From positions 1 to 64,000 of IMG/VR virus record IMGVR_UViG_3300028028_000001: DNA of 64,000 bases; one strand, written 5' to 3'. The notes under the pieces were generated by a model, which did no database searches, was not told the DNA's origin, and was given only the letters and a program-made list of their open reading frames with translations. Positions 17,474-25,409 of this stretch are shown piece by piece (position 1 is the stretch's first letter; every line of letters starts with the position of its first letter). This DNA comes from a virus. Both the position numbers and the translations under genes were made by a program.

Positions 17474-17845
17474 TCATGCGTCATACCCGAGCGCGCGGAG
17501 AGCGGAGCCGATCCGGTTGTACCGGTGCTGGCAAGGTTTGATGCCGAGCCCGGCCAGAACATCCTTGTTGCGGAAAAGCTGCTTATCCCCGACCCAATCT
17601 CGAACGAGCGCGATGAGTTCCGTATCCTTACACGTCTTCGGATCGGCTCGCTTCTTCTTGGTCTCCAGGGCGTGAATCCTGGCCTCCAAGGTATCGATCC
17701 GCTTGTCGGAGTTGAAGGAGCCCGTGCGCGCGATGGAGGGGAGGACTCGGTCATCCGAGAAAGTTACACCCTCCCCGTTGACAGATCCTCCCGAACGTGT
17801 AACAAGTACAGCATGATGATTCCAGTCAACCAGCCCCGTCGCCAT
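17474..17845 (-). CDS. hypothetical protein (123 aa)
   Basis: ORF 17474..17905 with the start moved to the internal ATG (MATGLVDWNHH) at 17845. Stand-alone gene inside the control region. Confidence 0.5.
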   Translation of the reverse strand: MATGLVDWNHHAVLVTRSGGSVNGEGVTFSDDRVLPSIARTGSFNSDKRIDTLEARIHALETKKKRADPKTCKDTELIALVRDWVGDKQLFRNKDVLAGLGIKPCQHRYNRIGSALRALGYDA

Positions 17846-17911
17846 GCCCGCTCCCCGGCGGGGCTTGCCGTTGTGGACCGCGCCAGACCCTTGAATGGCC
17901 GCCACAGAACC

Positions 17912-18185
17912 CCGTGGGCGCGTTGCCTATCCACGGGGAAGGATAGAGCAACGGGAGCCCGATTCCTCTTCGTGCGAGGGGATAGGGTCGCCAGCCAGGA
18001 GCGAGGGGTTCCGCCTTGCGGATTGCCGAATCCTGGCGCCCTTTCGCCGTGCGTCGTTCAACCCCGTATACGGTTTCTGCCGGAGTCGGGGAAGGAAAGG
18101 ACACCCAGGATCGGCCGCCAACCGTGTGCACGCGGCGCGGCCAAGCTCCAACGGAAACGGTGGTTCGAATCCACCCCCACGGCTC
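17912..18185 (+). ncRNA. candidate structured RNA ending in a tRNA-like T-arm/acceptor module
   Basis: Perfect T-arm GGTGG-TTCGAAT-CCACC (18159-18175), followed by CCCACGG (18176-18182), which is complementary to CCGTGGG at 17912-17918. A 12-bp hairpin spans 17921-17953. GGATT-GCCG-AATCC lies at 18020-18033, and CCCCG...CGGGG at 18062-18091. No convincing coding frame exists on either strand. Confidence 0.35.
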
Positions 18186-18234
18186 ATTTCCCCGTCGTCG
18201 CATTCCGCGATGACATGACACAAGAGGAGTAGAC

Positions 18235-18528
18235 ATGAAGTCAATCACCATCGACGGCGTGGAATACGCGCCGGTCGTCCCCAACGGAAAGCGCGCCATC
18301 GTCGTCGTCGATCGCGGGTGGATCTTCGCGGGTGATGTCACCGAGGCGAACGGCCGGATCATCCTGTCCCGCGCGGTCTGGGTCTTCAAATGGACGGGCG
18401 GCTGTGGCTTTTCGGCGATCTTTGAAGACGCCAAGAAGGCCGACGTACGCAAGATGCCGACGGTTGTTGACATCCCGGCGAAGTCGGAAATCTACCGCGT
18501 TCCGGTGTCCGACAACTGGGGGCTGTAA
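18235..18528 (+). CDS. hypothetical protein (97 aa)
   Basis: AGGAG Shine-Dalgarno sequence upstream (caagaggagtagacATG). First plus-strand gene. Its stop overlaps the next start (TAATG). Confidence 0.6.
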   Translation: MKSITIDGVEYAPVVPNGKRAIVVVDRGWIFAGDVTEANGRIILSRAVWVFKWTGGCGFSAIFEDAKKADVRKMPTVVDIPAKSEIYRVPVSDNWGL

Positions 18529-18869
18529 TGCTGGGCGAGACCCTTCCTCCGTTCGTTTTGGTCGGCGACGGCTACGGCAACGGCGACGGCGACGGCTACG
18601 GCAACGGCGACGGCAACGGCTACGGCTACGGCAACGGCGACGGCTACGGCTACGGCAACGGCTACGGCAACGGCAACGGCTACGGCAACGGCTACGGCAA
18701 CGGCGACGGCGACGGCTACGGCTACGGCAACGGCGACGGCTACGGCTACGGCAACGGCGACGGCGACGGCTACGGCAACGGCGACGGCGACGGCTACGGC
18801 AACGGCGACGGCTACGGCGACGGCTACGGCGACGGCTACGGCTACGGCACGGTTCAAAGCACACCATGA
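18528..18869 (+). CDS. Gly-[Tyr/Asn/Asp] dipeptide-repeat protein (113 aa)
   Basis: The ATG is translationally coupled (TAATG) to the upstream ORF. Sequence is MLGETLPPFVLV, then 47 G-[Y/N/D] dipeptides, then G-TVQSTP. The coding frame is not proven; see findings. Confidence 0.5.
   Translation: MLGETLPPFVLVGDGYGNGDGDGYGNGDGNGYGYGNGDGYGYGNGYGNGNGYGNGYGNGDGDGYGYGNGDGYGYGNGDGDGYGNGDGDGYGNGDGYGDGYGDGYGYGTVQSTP
18564..18848 (+). repeat. hexanucleotide tandem repeat (GGC-DAC)x47.5, D = T/A/G
   Basis: Read directly. Every unit is GGCTAC, GGCAAC or GGCGAC. Positions 1-3, 5 and 6 are invariant. Only position 4 varies, and it is never C. Confidence 0.95.
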
Positions 18870-19094
18870 CCCTTCCCCGGCTTCAATGGCCACCGATCCT
18901 CACCCGTTACCAAAGAAGCCGGACCCTCTGTCGTGCAATGGGGATCGTCTCTCCTGGTTCGAGTCCCACCAATGACGAGATCCCCAGCCGGGCAACCGGT
19001 CACCATATCGGCATTAGTGGGCTACCCCGTGGCTCTTTGGGGAAGCAGACTGGCTGAAGAATGCGTAGAGCCAACCCTTTACCCTGGAGATGAG

Positions 19095-20222
19095 ATGATC
19101 ACGATCCACCGCTTCAAGCTCCCAAAGCCCCCTGACAACCTCGATCACTTCTGGGAGGGCCTCGCCTCGCACCAGAAGACCCCGATCGGCCAGCACGAAG
19201 AGACATCCTCGGGCTTCATCGACATGAGCCCGCAGGAGTCTTCGGACCTCGTGAACACGCGCCCCACCGAGGGCTCCCTGCTCTCGTTCCGCTGGTGCTC
19301 CGAGCGCCGCAAGATCGACCCCCAAACCCTCAAGGACGCCTTCCAGGTCTGGCGCAGCCAGAACGACGGAATGCGCCTGACGAAGCGGGTCAAGGAAGAG
19401 ATCCGCGATCGGCTGCTGCCCGACGCCTCACCCAAGCGCAAGGTCCTTCGCTGCTACGTTGACCTCCGCACCAACTACCTCCTGGTCCTGGGCTCCGAAA
19501 ACGACGCCACCACGATCCGGAGCGCCTTCGATCGCGCTACTGGGCTCGCCTGCTATCAGGAGTCCGGCGCCGCTATCCTCCGGCACACCGAGACGAACCC
19601 GGACGTGCTCCGGGACCTCTGTGGCAAGGAGGTGGACCTCACAGACTACCGCGACAACGACATCCGGATCAATACGCGCGAATTCCTCCGCTGGCTCGTC
19701 CGTAGTGGCTCCGAGGTTCTCTTCCCCGTGCGCTCGCTCTCGGTCGAAAGCAACGGCATCACGGTTTCCTGGCGCGGTGACTCGTCCGATCGTGCCGACG
19801 TGGCCAGCGCCCTGCTTGACGACGAGGCCACGGTCAAGGGTGCTCGGTTTGCACTCGCTGACGACCTCTGGACCTTCGCCATGGGCCCGGACCTGGTTCC
19901 GGTTGGTGCGAAGAGCAGCAACTTCAAGGAGCCTTCCGAGGAGATGATCCTCGACTGGTGGGATCTCGTCGGCAAGATCGCGGCCGAGTTCTACGCCTGG
20001 GCGCAGGTCCAGGGTGAATCCCGAGAGCGCCAGGACCGCGAAGCCTGCCAGAAGGTGGTCCGCGCCGCCCTGGTCTGGGTCAGGAAGACGGGTCAGATCA
20101 CACTCTGGGAGGAGGAGGGCACGGAACTCGTGGGCCGATCCGAGCGTGTTATCCCGGTCGAGACCGACTCCGAGCGCAACCGGAGGGCATCGCTGGCGGC
20201 GATGGCCCAGCGTGAACTATGA
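19095..20222 (+). CDS. RdgC-like recombination-associated protein
   Basis: Part of ORF 18933..20222. ATG at 19095 preceded by GGAGA. 'MITIHRFKLPKPPD...SSGFIDM...RLTKRVKEEIRDRLLPDASPKRKVLRCYVDLRTNYLLVLGSENDATTIRSAF' parallels the RdgC N-terminal and middle pattern from memory. Confidence 0.45.
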   Translation: MITIHRFKLPKPPDNLDHFWEGLASHQKTPIGQHEETSSGFIDMSPQESSDLVNTRPTEGSLLSFRWCSERRKIDPQTLKDAFQVWRSQNDGMRLTKRVKEEIRDRLLPDASPKRKVLRCYVDLRTNYLLVLGSENDATTIRSAFDRATGLACYQESGAAILRHTETNPDVLRDLCGKEVDLTDYRDNDIRINTREFLRWLVRSGSEVLFPVRSLSVESNGITVSWRGDSSDRADVASALLDDEATVKGARFALADDLWTFAMGPDLVPVGAKSSNFKEPSEEMILDWWDLVGKIAAEFYAWAQVQGESRERQDREACQKVVRAALVWVRKTGQITLWEEEGTELVGRSERVIPVETDSERNRRASLAAMAQREL

Positions 20223-20860
20223 CCCTCGCAGACCGTCTCAAGGCGCTACTCAACCAGGAAGACCTGAACGCCTACCTTGCCCAGCACCCCCGGCTCTTCG
20301 CTGCTCTGCTCGACGCCGAGGGTTCCGAGGAGGCCAAGTCGCACAAGTTCTGGCTCTCTCGCGTGCATCTCCAGGAGCGCTGGCTTCAGCAGTGCATCGA
20401 CAACGCGGGCGGGTTCGAGGCCTTCACGGTCTGGGCCCATACCGCAGTCAAGGCGGACTTCATACCCTACACGATGGAGCCCGGTGACGCCCTGCCTCCG
20501 CTTGACCACGGGCTCATCTTCAAGATCACGGATCCGGAGTTCGCCTATCCCGGGCATGTCCAGGTCACCCAGATCGTAACCGAGGCCTTGGGCCTGTCCT
20601 GGTTCGTGGCGCTCCGGTTTCGCATGATGGGCAGCCTTGACCCTACGATCATGGACGGCGGTGGGCTCCAAACGGCGCGTGAGGCCATCCGGGCGATCGG
20701 AAAGCAGATCGGGCGCATCATCTTCAACGAGGAGCACGAGGGCCGGATCTACATGGAGGTGCCGCGCGTCGTCGTCGGGGGCGAGGCTCCGAACATCGGG
20801 CCCAATCCCGAGCACGTTGAAACCCCGGTCTGCTGGTGGTTCGCTCGTGCCGTTACCTGA
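20219..20860 (+). CDS. hypothetical protein (213 aa)
   Basis: ORF track; ATGA coupling to the RdgC-like gene. Confidence 0.6.
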   Translation: MTLADRLKALLNQEDLNAYLAQHPRLFAALLDAEGSEEAKSHKFWLSRVHLQERWLQQCIDNAGGFEAFTVWAHTAVKADFIPYTMEPGDALPPLDHGLIFKITDPEFAYPGHVQVTQIVTEALGLSWFVALRFRMMGSLDPTIMDGGGLQTAREAIRAIGKQIGRIIFNEEHEGRIYMEVPRVVVGGEAPNIGPNPEHVETPVCWWFARAVT

Positions 20861-21053
20861 TCCGCCGATCCCGAGCCAGCGGATCCCCGACGGTATCCGC
20901 ATCTCGGACGAAGAAGTCACGTTCCAGGGGCGGCGCGTCGGAGTGATCAGGTCGCTGCCTCTTGGGTACGAGGTTGAACGCCTCGACGGAGAGAAGCGGG
21001 CTTCCATGTCGCGGTTTGCTGCTCTTTGGTGGTTGACGGTGGAGAAAGCATGA
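20847..21053 (+). CDS. hypothetical protein (68 aa, GTG start)
   Basis: In-frame GTG within ORF 20637..21053. The C-terminal part is coding-like, and the stop is coupled to the next ATG. Confidence 0.3.
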   Translation: MPLPDPPIPSQRIPDGIRISDEEVTFQGRRVGVIRSLPLGYEVERLDGEKRASMSRFAALWWLTVEKA

Positions 21054-21247
21054 AGGCCACAGTGGTTCATTCATCAAAGAGTGTGGTAGCCGTCTCATCT
21101 GGTCCCGTGTCAGAAGACATTTTCATCGGTGAAGGTGAATCCCTACAAGAAGCGATCAACAAGTACAGCGCCAGCCACACACCAGACGCGACCGTCCTAA
21201 TCACCAAAGCCTCCCATCGAAAGCGTCGGAATAAAAATGCAAGATGA
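21050..21247 (+). CDS. hypothetical protein (65 aa)
   Basis: Internal ATG (MKATVVHSS) with an ATGA overlap; lower-GC segment. Confidence 0.4.
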   Translation: MKATVVHSSKSVVAVSSGPVSEDIFIGEGESLQEAINKYSASHTPDATVLITKASHRKRRNKNAR

Positions 21248-21443
21248 AGCCCTATTTCTGCTGTGCATGTTGTGGAAACCGTTTCACGGAACGGCGTTGC
21301 AAGGCCAAGAAGCCCTAAACGGACGGCGCGGGGTATTCTCGGATGAGCACCCCGGTCTGCAAAGCATGGATTGGGTAGCAGGTCACGGCATATACGACGA
21401 CGCCTTGGACTACGGCGAGAGTTTCAACATGGAGCCCCCATGA
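21237..21443 (+). CDS. hypothetical protein (68 aa)
   Basis: ORF track; its stop forms an ATGA overlap with the next gene. Confidence 0.4.
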   Translation: MQDEALFLLCMLWKPFHGTALQGQEALNGRRGVFSDEHPGLQSMDWVAGHGIYDDALDYGESFNMEPP

Positions 21444-21667
21444 AAGCCAAGTACGCCGGTAAATGCACCTGCTCGGCCATCGTGTCAGTAGGCTTCGAGA
21501 TTCGCATGGCGCAAGACGACGAGGGCCACTGGCGGATCACGTCCTGTCCGGCCTGTTGCGATTCCTTGTCCCGAGGATGCGCCGATACAGGCGCGGGCAT
21601 GAAAGACCCTCAGTCGAATCTCCAGAAGCGAATTGAACGCCAACGCCGCAGACTCGCCAAAAGGTAG
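21440..21667 (+). CDS. small Cys-rich protein (75 aa)
   Basis: Internal ATG (MKAKYAGKCTCS...SCPACCDS) of ORF 21371..21667. Confidence 0.5.
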   Translation: MKAKYAGKCTCSAIVSVGFEIRMAQDDEGHWRITSCPACCDSLSRGCADTGAGMKDPQSNLQKRIERQRRRLAKR

Positions 21668-21688
21668 CATTTCCGCTATACTGCCCCC

Positions 21689-22435
21689 ATGCCTCTCCCT
21701 TCGCTGAAAACCGCCGAAGTCGTAGCCCGATGGTACGGGCTCCTCGGGCTCGTTCTTGCGGGCGTGGATCCGATAGTTGCGCGCGGGGTGATGGAGATTC
21801 CAGACCGCGAGTTTGCGACTGTGCGATCGTCAGAGCATCCACTTTATAAGGAGCTTTCCGAGAGGTTCGAGGATGCGGAGGCGAACGCACGCCCGTCTAC
21901 GTCGCCCCTTTCAGTGATGGCCTCGCGGGCATGTAGCGGCAACCCCTATGCCGTCCGATGGCTTCTGCTATGGCTCGATGCCGGTGGATGGCTGAGCACG
22001 CCCACGCTCGACCAGCGTATCGCGCAGGTCCAGAGTCTTTATCAGGGCGCGACCGTTCGGGACTCCTTGGCAATCGACGAGCATTTGGGGCGGCTACTAG
22101 AAGAGAAGCGCCTTAAGGAAACCTCAGTCTCCCGTTCGGTGGAGGAGATGACTCGGGACTCCCTGGCAGGCCTGGACAAGGTTCTTGCAAGTGGTGAGAA
22201 GGGGGAGAAGAGGAAAGCGGCCCAGGTGATCCTCGCGCACGCGATCAACCTCGCCAAGCAAGAGAAGATCGCGGAAATCGTTATGCAGGCGATCCTCCCC
22301 TCGATACGGCGCTATTCGGAAGAACTGGTTAGGTTGGCAGAGAGGAGAATACCGGCAGAGGAGATAGCGCAATGGAGAGAGGAAGCGGAGGAACAACTTC
22401 GACAATTGCTGACTTCGGTCGGGAACGTCGAATGA
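21689..22435 (+). CDS. hypothetical protein (248 aa); possible small terminase by position
   Basis: ORF track; helical and charged C-terminal half; lies two genes upstream of the large terminase. Confidence 0.55.
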   Translation: MPLPSLKTAEVVARWYGLLGLVLAGVDPIVARGVMEIPDREFATVRSSEHPLYKELSERFEDAEANARPSTSPLSVMASRACSGNPYAVRWLLLWLDAGGWLSTPTLDQRIAQVQSLYQGATVRDSLAIDEHLGRLLEEKRLKETSVSRSVEEMTRDSLAGLDKVLASGEKGEKRKAAQVILAHAINLAKQEKIAEIVMQAILPSIRRYSEELVRLAERRIPAEEIAQWREEAEEQLRQLLTSVGNVE

Positions 22436-23109
22436 AGGCGGAAGACCTCGCGCAAGAGCAGGTCCGCGTTCGACGTGAGGCCTGGGCGGCGCTTCATCCT
22501 GTCGTCGGTGACGTTCCCTCGCTTGAGTGCGCCTTCCTGGTTGTCCCTGCCCTTGCCGCGCCCTGGGAGGCACGCCTTGACCGGATCCGCTGGGCGATGG
22601 TCTCGACCGTGGACCGCGTGGTCTTCGAGGTATGCCGCGAGATGGCGCGCAAGTTTGAAGTGCAGCGCGAGGACATCCGATCGCCTGCGCTACTTGGCTG
22701 CTACATCGCCGCGATGAAGATCGATTATACCAGACAGAACGCCAGTTATGAGACGCTCTGCTTCTGGTGGGCTCGACGGATGGCGCGCGAGCATATCCGG
22801 GAGGCATCGCATCCCTGCAAGACCTCCCGGAGAACCCCGGTGCGTGTCGTGCCCCAGGTGGACGCCCACGATCCAAAGAGCGGGCGGAAACTGGCGGCAC
22901 CGAACGACCGGCCTGATCATCGCCTCGAAGTACTCGACGGACACAAGACGCGCGAGAAGGGGATTCGGATTCAACTGGACACATACCCGAAGATGACACG
23001 GCGCGCGATTGAGCGGCTTATGGAAGGAGCGACGTTCGCAGAGGTGGCGAGTGAACTACGGCTATCGTGTCGGCGGGTTCAGGACTTGCTTGCGGAAGTG
23101 ATGGAGTGA
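22432..23109 (+). CDS. sigma-70/ECF-like protein (or HTH small-terminase-like)
   Basis: ATG at 22432 with an ATGA overlap. 'SYETLCFWWARRMAREHIRE' resembles sigma region 2. The C-terminal 'MTRRAIERLMEGATFAEVASELRLSCRRVQDLLAEV' resembles the sigma region 4 HTH. Confidence 0.5.
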   Translation: MKAEDLAQEQVRVRREAWAALHPVVGDVPSLECAFLVVPALAAPWEARLDRIRWAMVSTVDRVVFEVCREMARKFEVQREDIRSPALLGCYIAAMKIDYTRQNASYETLCFWWARRMAREHIREASHPCKTSRRTPVRVVPQVDAHDPKSGRKLAAPNDRPDHRLEVLDGHKTREKGIRIQLDTYPKMTRRAIERLMEGATFAEVASELRLSCRRVQDLLAEVME

Positions 23110-24962
23110 ACCTATCCAACTTGAACGCAGCGCTCCTATCCGGGTTCCAGCCCTGGAAGCCCCCGCTTGACCCTCGCGCGGATTCCCTGGACTTCGTGAC
23201 GCACCACGGGCTGAGGATCGACGGTCGTTTGTTCGACATGGACGCATATAGCCACCTTGAGGCCCTGTATCGAGACGAGCACAGGAACCAGTCCATCATG
23301 GCAGGGGCGCAGACCGGAAAAACCGGAAGAATGGCCGCTTTCCTCGTCCGCCTCATGCTGCTGACCCGTGGCGGAATGTTTGGTTACTATTTCCCCACGG
23401 AGACCCTGGCCCTTGACTTTTCGGCGGCCAGGTTTGAACCTCTGCTTCGCTCAAACTCCTACCTTGCCGCGTTGATCGGGCGGCACACGGAGAACTCGGC
23501 GAAAGGGTTTGACAACACCCACCGGCGCGTTGTTGGGCCTTCCACCGTGTTCTTCGCCATCACAGGTGGCAAGACGGGTACCGAGTCCTTCCCCTTCGAT
23601 GGCGTTTTCTTCGATGAAGTGCGGCGGATGAAGCCCGGCGACATCGAGCGCGCAGAAGAGCGGACCTCAGCAAAAGATGCGCCCTTCGATATCAAGGTCT
23701 CCACGGCGTTCTATCCTGACTCCGATATCCACAAGTACTTCAAAGAAGGCGATCAACGATACTTTCACTCGGCTTGTAACTGCTCGGAAGGGTGCGTTCT
23801 GTCGCTTGCCTATCCGGATTGCGTGGCCTCAATGGAAGGGGTCACGCCCGAATTCCTACGGCACGTCGAGCACGCTTTCTCCCTGGCCGGCCTTCCGTTC
23901 CTTGGCTGCTCCGAACAAGATCAGCACAAGTACGGGAAAGCCGTCTTTGTCTGCCCAAGGTGCGGGGAGATCATCGTCAACCCTCGGGACGGCTGGTGGG
24001 AGGCGCACGAGCCGGGCCGTTACGTTCACTCCTGGCAAATGAGCCAGATCCTTTCTCCGAACTACTCCGCGTCAAGGGTCTTTCACAAGGCCTCGCGTGC
24101 CTCTGACGTGATGGAACTCTGGAACTCCATGCTCGGACTCCCCTACCTTGACCCGCTGGCGCAACCTGTGAAACTGGAGCACCTTGAATCCTGCGTGAAT
24201 CCGGCTCTCTATTGGGCCGCCAACCAAGGTGACGAGTGGAAGCAGAGGAACGTCGTTCACACCGCGATGGGATCCGATCAAATGGGCGGGTTCAATTGCG
24301 TGGTTATCAAACAGCAGGCCCCGAACGGCAAATATCGCACGGTCCATCTTGAGGTTATCCACGGGGATGATCCCTGGGAGCGTCAGGCCTACCTCATGGA
24401 GGAGTATCAGGTGGACCTCGCGGTGGTGGACTCGAACCCAAATTACAACGAGTCGCACAGGTTCTGCAAGGCCTTTCCGAACCGTGTCTGGCTCGCAGAG
24501 TACACGGACGAAAAAGGGCCTCTGGTGCGCTGGATGGACAAGAAGCGCCAGAGAGAAGACCAGAACAAGGCAAAGGCCCTGAACTGGCGGTGGACCGTCC
24601 GGATCTCGCGGACGCGAGCGCTTCAATGGAGCCTCGGGCGCTGGGCACTGCGCCAGAACGAGACGCCAGATCCGGACGCCCTTCTGCAATCGCTCCCGAG
24701 AGACAACGGGCAGGTCGTCCTGACATCTCGGCTCAAGCGGGGCACGTTCTCTCCGTCTCGGATATGCCGGGAAGTGTATTGGGTTCATCAGCAACGGGTC
24801 GCGTTCCGGAAAGAGTTTCTCGACGACGACGCGGAGCTGGGAGTCCTCAAGAAGGTGGTGGCGGATCACGTCGGGCTCGATCCCCACTTTGCCCATGCGG
24901 ACCTTTACGCCAACGTGGCCCTTGCGCGTATCGGCGGCAACATGCTCGACGAGGAGGAATGA
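23106..24962 (+). CDS. terL: terminase large subunit (GpA-like)
   Basis: Walker A 'MAGAQTGKTG', Walker B 'GVFFDEV', and a long nuclease half. The GTG at 23106 makes a GTGA overlap; the alternative start is 23067. Confidence 0.85.
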   Translation: MNLSNLNAALLSGFQPWKPPLDPRADSLDFVTHHGLRIDGRLFDMDAYSHLEALYRDEHRNQSIMAGAQTGKTGRMAAFLVRLMLLTRGGMFGYYFPTETLALDFSAARFEPLLRSNSYLAALIGRHTENSAKGFDNTHRRVVGPSTVFFAITGGKTGTESFPFDGVFFDEVRRMKPGDIERAEERTSAKDAPFDIKVSTAFYPDSDIHKYFKEGDQRYFHSACNCSEGCVLSLAYPDCVASMEGVTPEFLRHVEHAFSLAGLPFLGCSEQDQHKYGKAVFVCPRCGEIIVNPRDGWWEAHEPGRYVHSWQMSQILSPNYSASRVFHKASRASDVMELWNSMLGLPYLDPLAQPVKLEHLESCVNPALYWAANQGDEWKQRNVVHTAMGSDQMGGFNCVVIKQQAPNGKYRTVHLEVIHGDDPWERQAYLMEEYQVDLAVVDSNPNYNESHRFCKAFPNRVWLAEYTDEKGPLVRWMDKKRQREDQNKAKALNWRWTVRISRTRALQWSLGRWALRQNETPDPDALLQSLPRDNGQVVLTSRLKRGTFSPSRICREVYWVHQQRVAFRKEFLDDDAELGVLKKVVADHVGLDPHFAHADLYANVALARIGGNMLDEEE

Positions 24963-25144
24963 TGGTCAGAATGAGAGCTCAACTCAAAGGGACTCGGCCA
25001 GGTTCGAACGCGGAGGTGGCGGTCTATGTGGAGGCGCCTCCACCGGGCGGCGTCAAGATCATCCTTCGAGTCTCCACGATATCCGTGGAGGTTGACGCGG
25101 AGGAGTTGCGGAAGGCCTTGAAAAAGGTTACAGATCCGGAATGA
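24959..25144 (+). CDS. hypothetical protein (61 aa)
   Basis: ATG coupled to the terminase stop (AATGATG); its stop is coupled to the next ATG. Confidence 0.45.
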   Translation: MMVRMRAQLKGTRPGSNAEVAVYVEAPPPGGVKIILRVSTISVEVDAEELRKALKKVTDPE

Positions 25145-25368
25145 GAACCTTCAAGCAACTCCGCAAAGCAAGGGGCATCACCCAAACCGAGCTATCTGCC
25201 TGTGTTGGATGCGCCCGATCCTACATCGCCCTAATCGAGACAGGCAGGCGCAAGCCGGCGGACCTTCTCGCCCGCATCGCTACCGCGCTCGGGATGACCC
25301 TGCCGGAACTTGAAGCAGTTGTGGATCCCCAAGAGCCCCAAGAGCCCCAGAAAGAGCCGCTCGGATAG
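25141..25368 (+). CDS. XRE/Cro-type helix-turn-helix protein
   Basis: 'LRKARGITQTELSACVGCARSYIALIETGRRKP' is a canonical HTH_3 pattern. Confidence 0.7.
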   Translation: MRTFKQLRKARGITQTELSACVGCARSYIALIETGRRKPADLLARIATALGMTLPELEAVVDPQEPQEPQKEPLG

Positions 25369-25409
25369 TGGGAGAGCCATAGGGGTATAGCCTCGCCCGA
25401 GGTGTACCT

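Noticed and set aside
17912-18185. Canonical tRNA or tmRNA gene.
   Set aside because: No 72-90-nt cloverleaf can be drawn. The nearest 5' partner, CCGTGTG at 18122, gives only a 61-nt molecule with no D or anticodon arms. For tmRNA there is no G3:U70 pair and no D-loop-like UUCGAC element. There is also no tag ORF; the only stops give GALPIHGEG and NGSPIPLRARG, not an ...ALAA-type tag.
18564-18848. CRISPR array, or the variable region of a diversity-generating retroelement.
   Set aside because: There are no spacers (6-nt units only), so it is not CRISPR. No reverse transcriptor template repeat is in the window. Only the first base of the NAC codon varies while the adjacent A is invariant, unlike adenine-directed DGR mutagenesis.
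18241-19057. Other open frames across the hexamer array. These are (Ala-Val)n on the minus strand (18492-18893) and the Arg-rich frames (18241-18867 minus strand, 18332-19057 plus strand).
   Set aside because: The Arg-rich frames overlap flanking genes and look like by-products. The (AV)n frame has only a GTG start, runs against operon polarity and overlaps the upstream gene. It is not fully excluded, because all unit variation is silent in it, so it is discussed in the finding.
21244-21318. A 24-aa Cys-rich micro-ORF, MKPYFCCACCGNRFTERRCKAKKP.
   Set aside because: It overlaps the 21237-21443 ORF, which is supported by ATGA coupling to the next gene. It cannot be distinguished from chance without data.
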